Part shown: one piece after another, positions 63,738 to 64,000 of the stretch
Numbering within the stretch: position 1 is the first letter of the stretch
Layout: each line of letters starts with the position of its first letter
Source: Christensenellales bacterium
GTDB lineage: Bacteria; Bacillota; Clostridia; Christensenellales; UBA1431
Direction of reading: 5' to 3'
DNA: 64,000 nt
Assembly: GCA_040766645.1 (NCBI GenBank)
Contig: JAXGQA010000001.1
Coordinates: forward strand, 106,136 to 170,135
Notes under the pieces: model-generated
The model's database searches: none
Told to the model about the DNA's origin: nothing
Seen by the model: only the letters and a program-made list of their open reading frames with translations
Position numbers and translations under genes: made by a program

Positions 63738-64000
63738 ATGGGTATTTTGGAAGCGGCCGTATTGGGGATCGCACAGGGGCTTACCGAATTCCTGCCGGTG
63801 AGCAGCTCTGGGCATCTGGTGCTGGTGCAGAACATCATTGGCGTGGATTCCGGCTCGGCGGCGTTTTTGTTCTTTGACACCATGCTGCATCTGGGCACGC
63901 TGTTGGCGGTCCTTATCGTGCTCTGGCGGGACGTCGCGAGCATACTCCGGCACCCGCTGGGGAAGACCATGCGCCTGCTGGTGGTCGCGACCATCCCGGC
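63738..64000 (+). CDS. uppP: Undecaprenyl-diphosphatase UppP/BacA, N-terminal part (3' end outside window)
   Basis: Manual translation gives [32 protein letters not shown]... It is open to the window end and absent from the ORF track because there is no stop. Confidence 0.85.
   Translation, partial: MGILEAAVLGIAQGLTEFLPVSSSGHLVLVQNIIGVDSGSAAFLFFDTMLHLGTLLAVLIVLWRDVASILRHPLGKTMRLLVVATIP

Overview
This window is the chromosomal replication-origin region of a high-GC Firmicute, probably a Clostridia/Oscillospiraceae-like organism (an inference from gene content and synteny only). The minus strand carries rpmH-rnpA-yidD-yidC-jag-mnmE-mnmG-rsmG-noc-parA-parB. After a DnaA-box cluster, the plus strand carries dnaA-dnaN-recF-remB-gyrB-gyrA. 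The left part holds housekeeping genes: the yaaO-like decarboxylase-tmk-holB-yaaT block, DnaD-like/DnaI helicase loaders, radC, pepV, a short alaS, addAB, hppA, glpK, cca and dapF. The right end holds a secreted caspase-like protein, a VIT1-family transporter, ychF and the start of uppP. I found no rRNA, tRNA, CRISPR array, transposase, integrase or recognisable defence or biosynthetic cluster, and I cannot point to a clearly novel multi-gene system; this looks like a core region. The main things worth a second look are listed here. (1) Two contiguous blocks of about 1.3-1.5 kb are dense with 1-2 nt indels and break unrelated neighbouring genes, and there are isolated frameshifts in addB, glpK and a DUF1801 gene. 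Most indels whose context I resolved fall in short mononucleotide runs, so local consensus error is more likely than real gene decay. (2) In-frame TAG codons interrupt essential gyrB and the decarboxylase, although TAG is a normal terminator elsewhere in the window. (3) Origin architecture includes three DnaA boxes upstream of dnaA, a possible DnaA-trio-like triplet array between dnaA and dnaN, two perfect parS sites, and a pair of perfect DnaA boxes 12 kb away upstream of the VIT1 gene. (4) Several GC-rich intergenic blocks and a palindromic element remain unexplained. (5) Some domain architectures are unusual: a 592-aa AlaRS lacking C-Ala, a DnaD-like protein with four tandem C-terminal modules, and a signal-peptide caspase (C14) with six SH3b repeats. 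All protein calls rest on motif recognition by eye. No database search was run.
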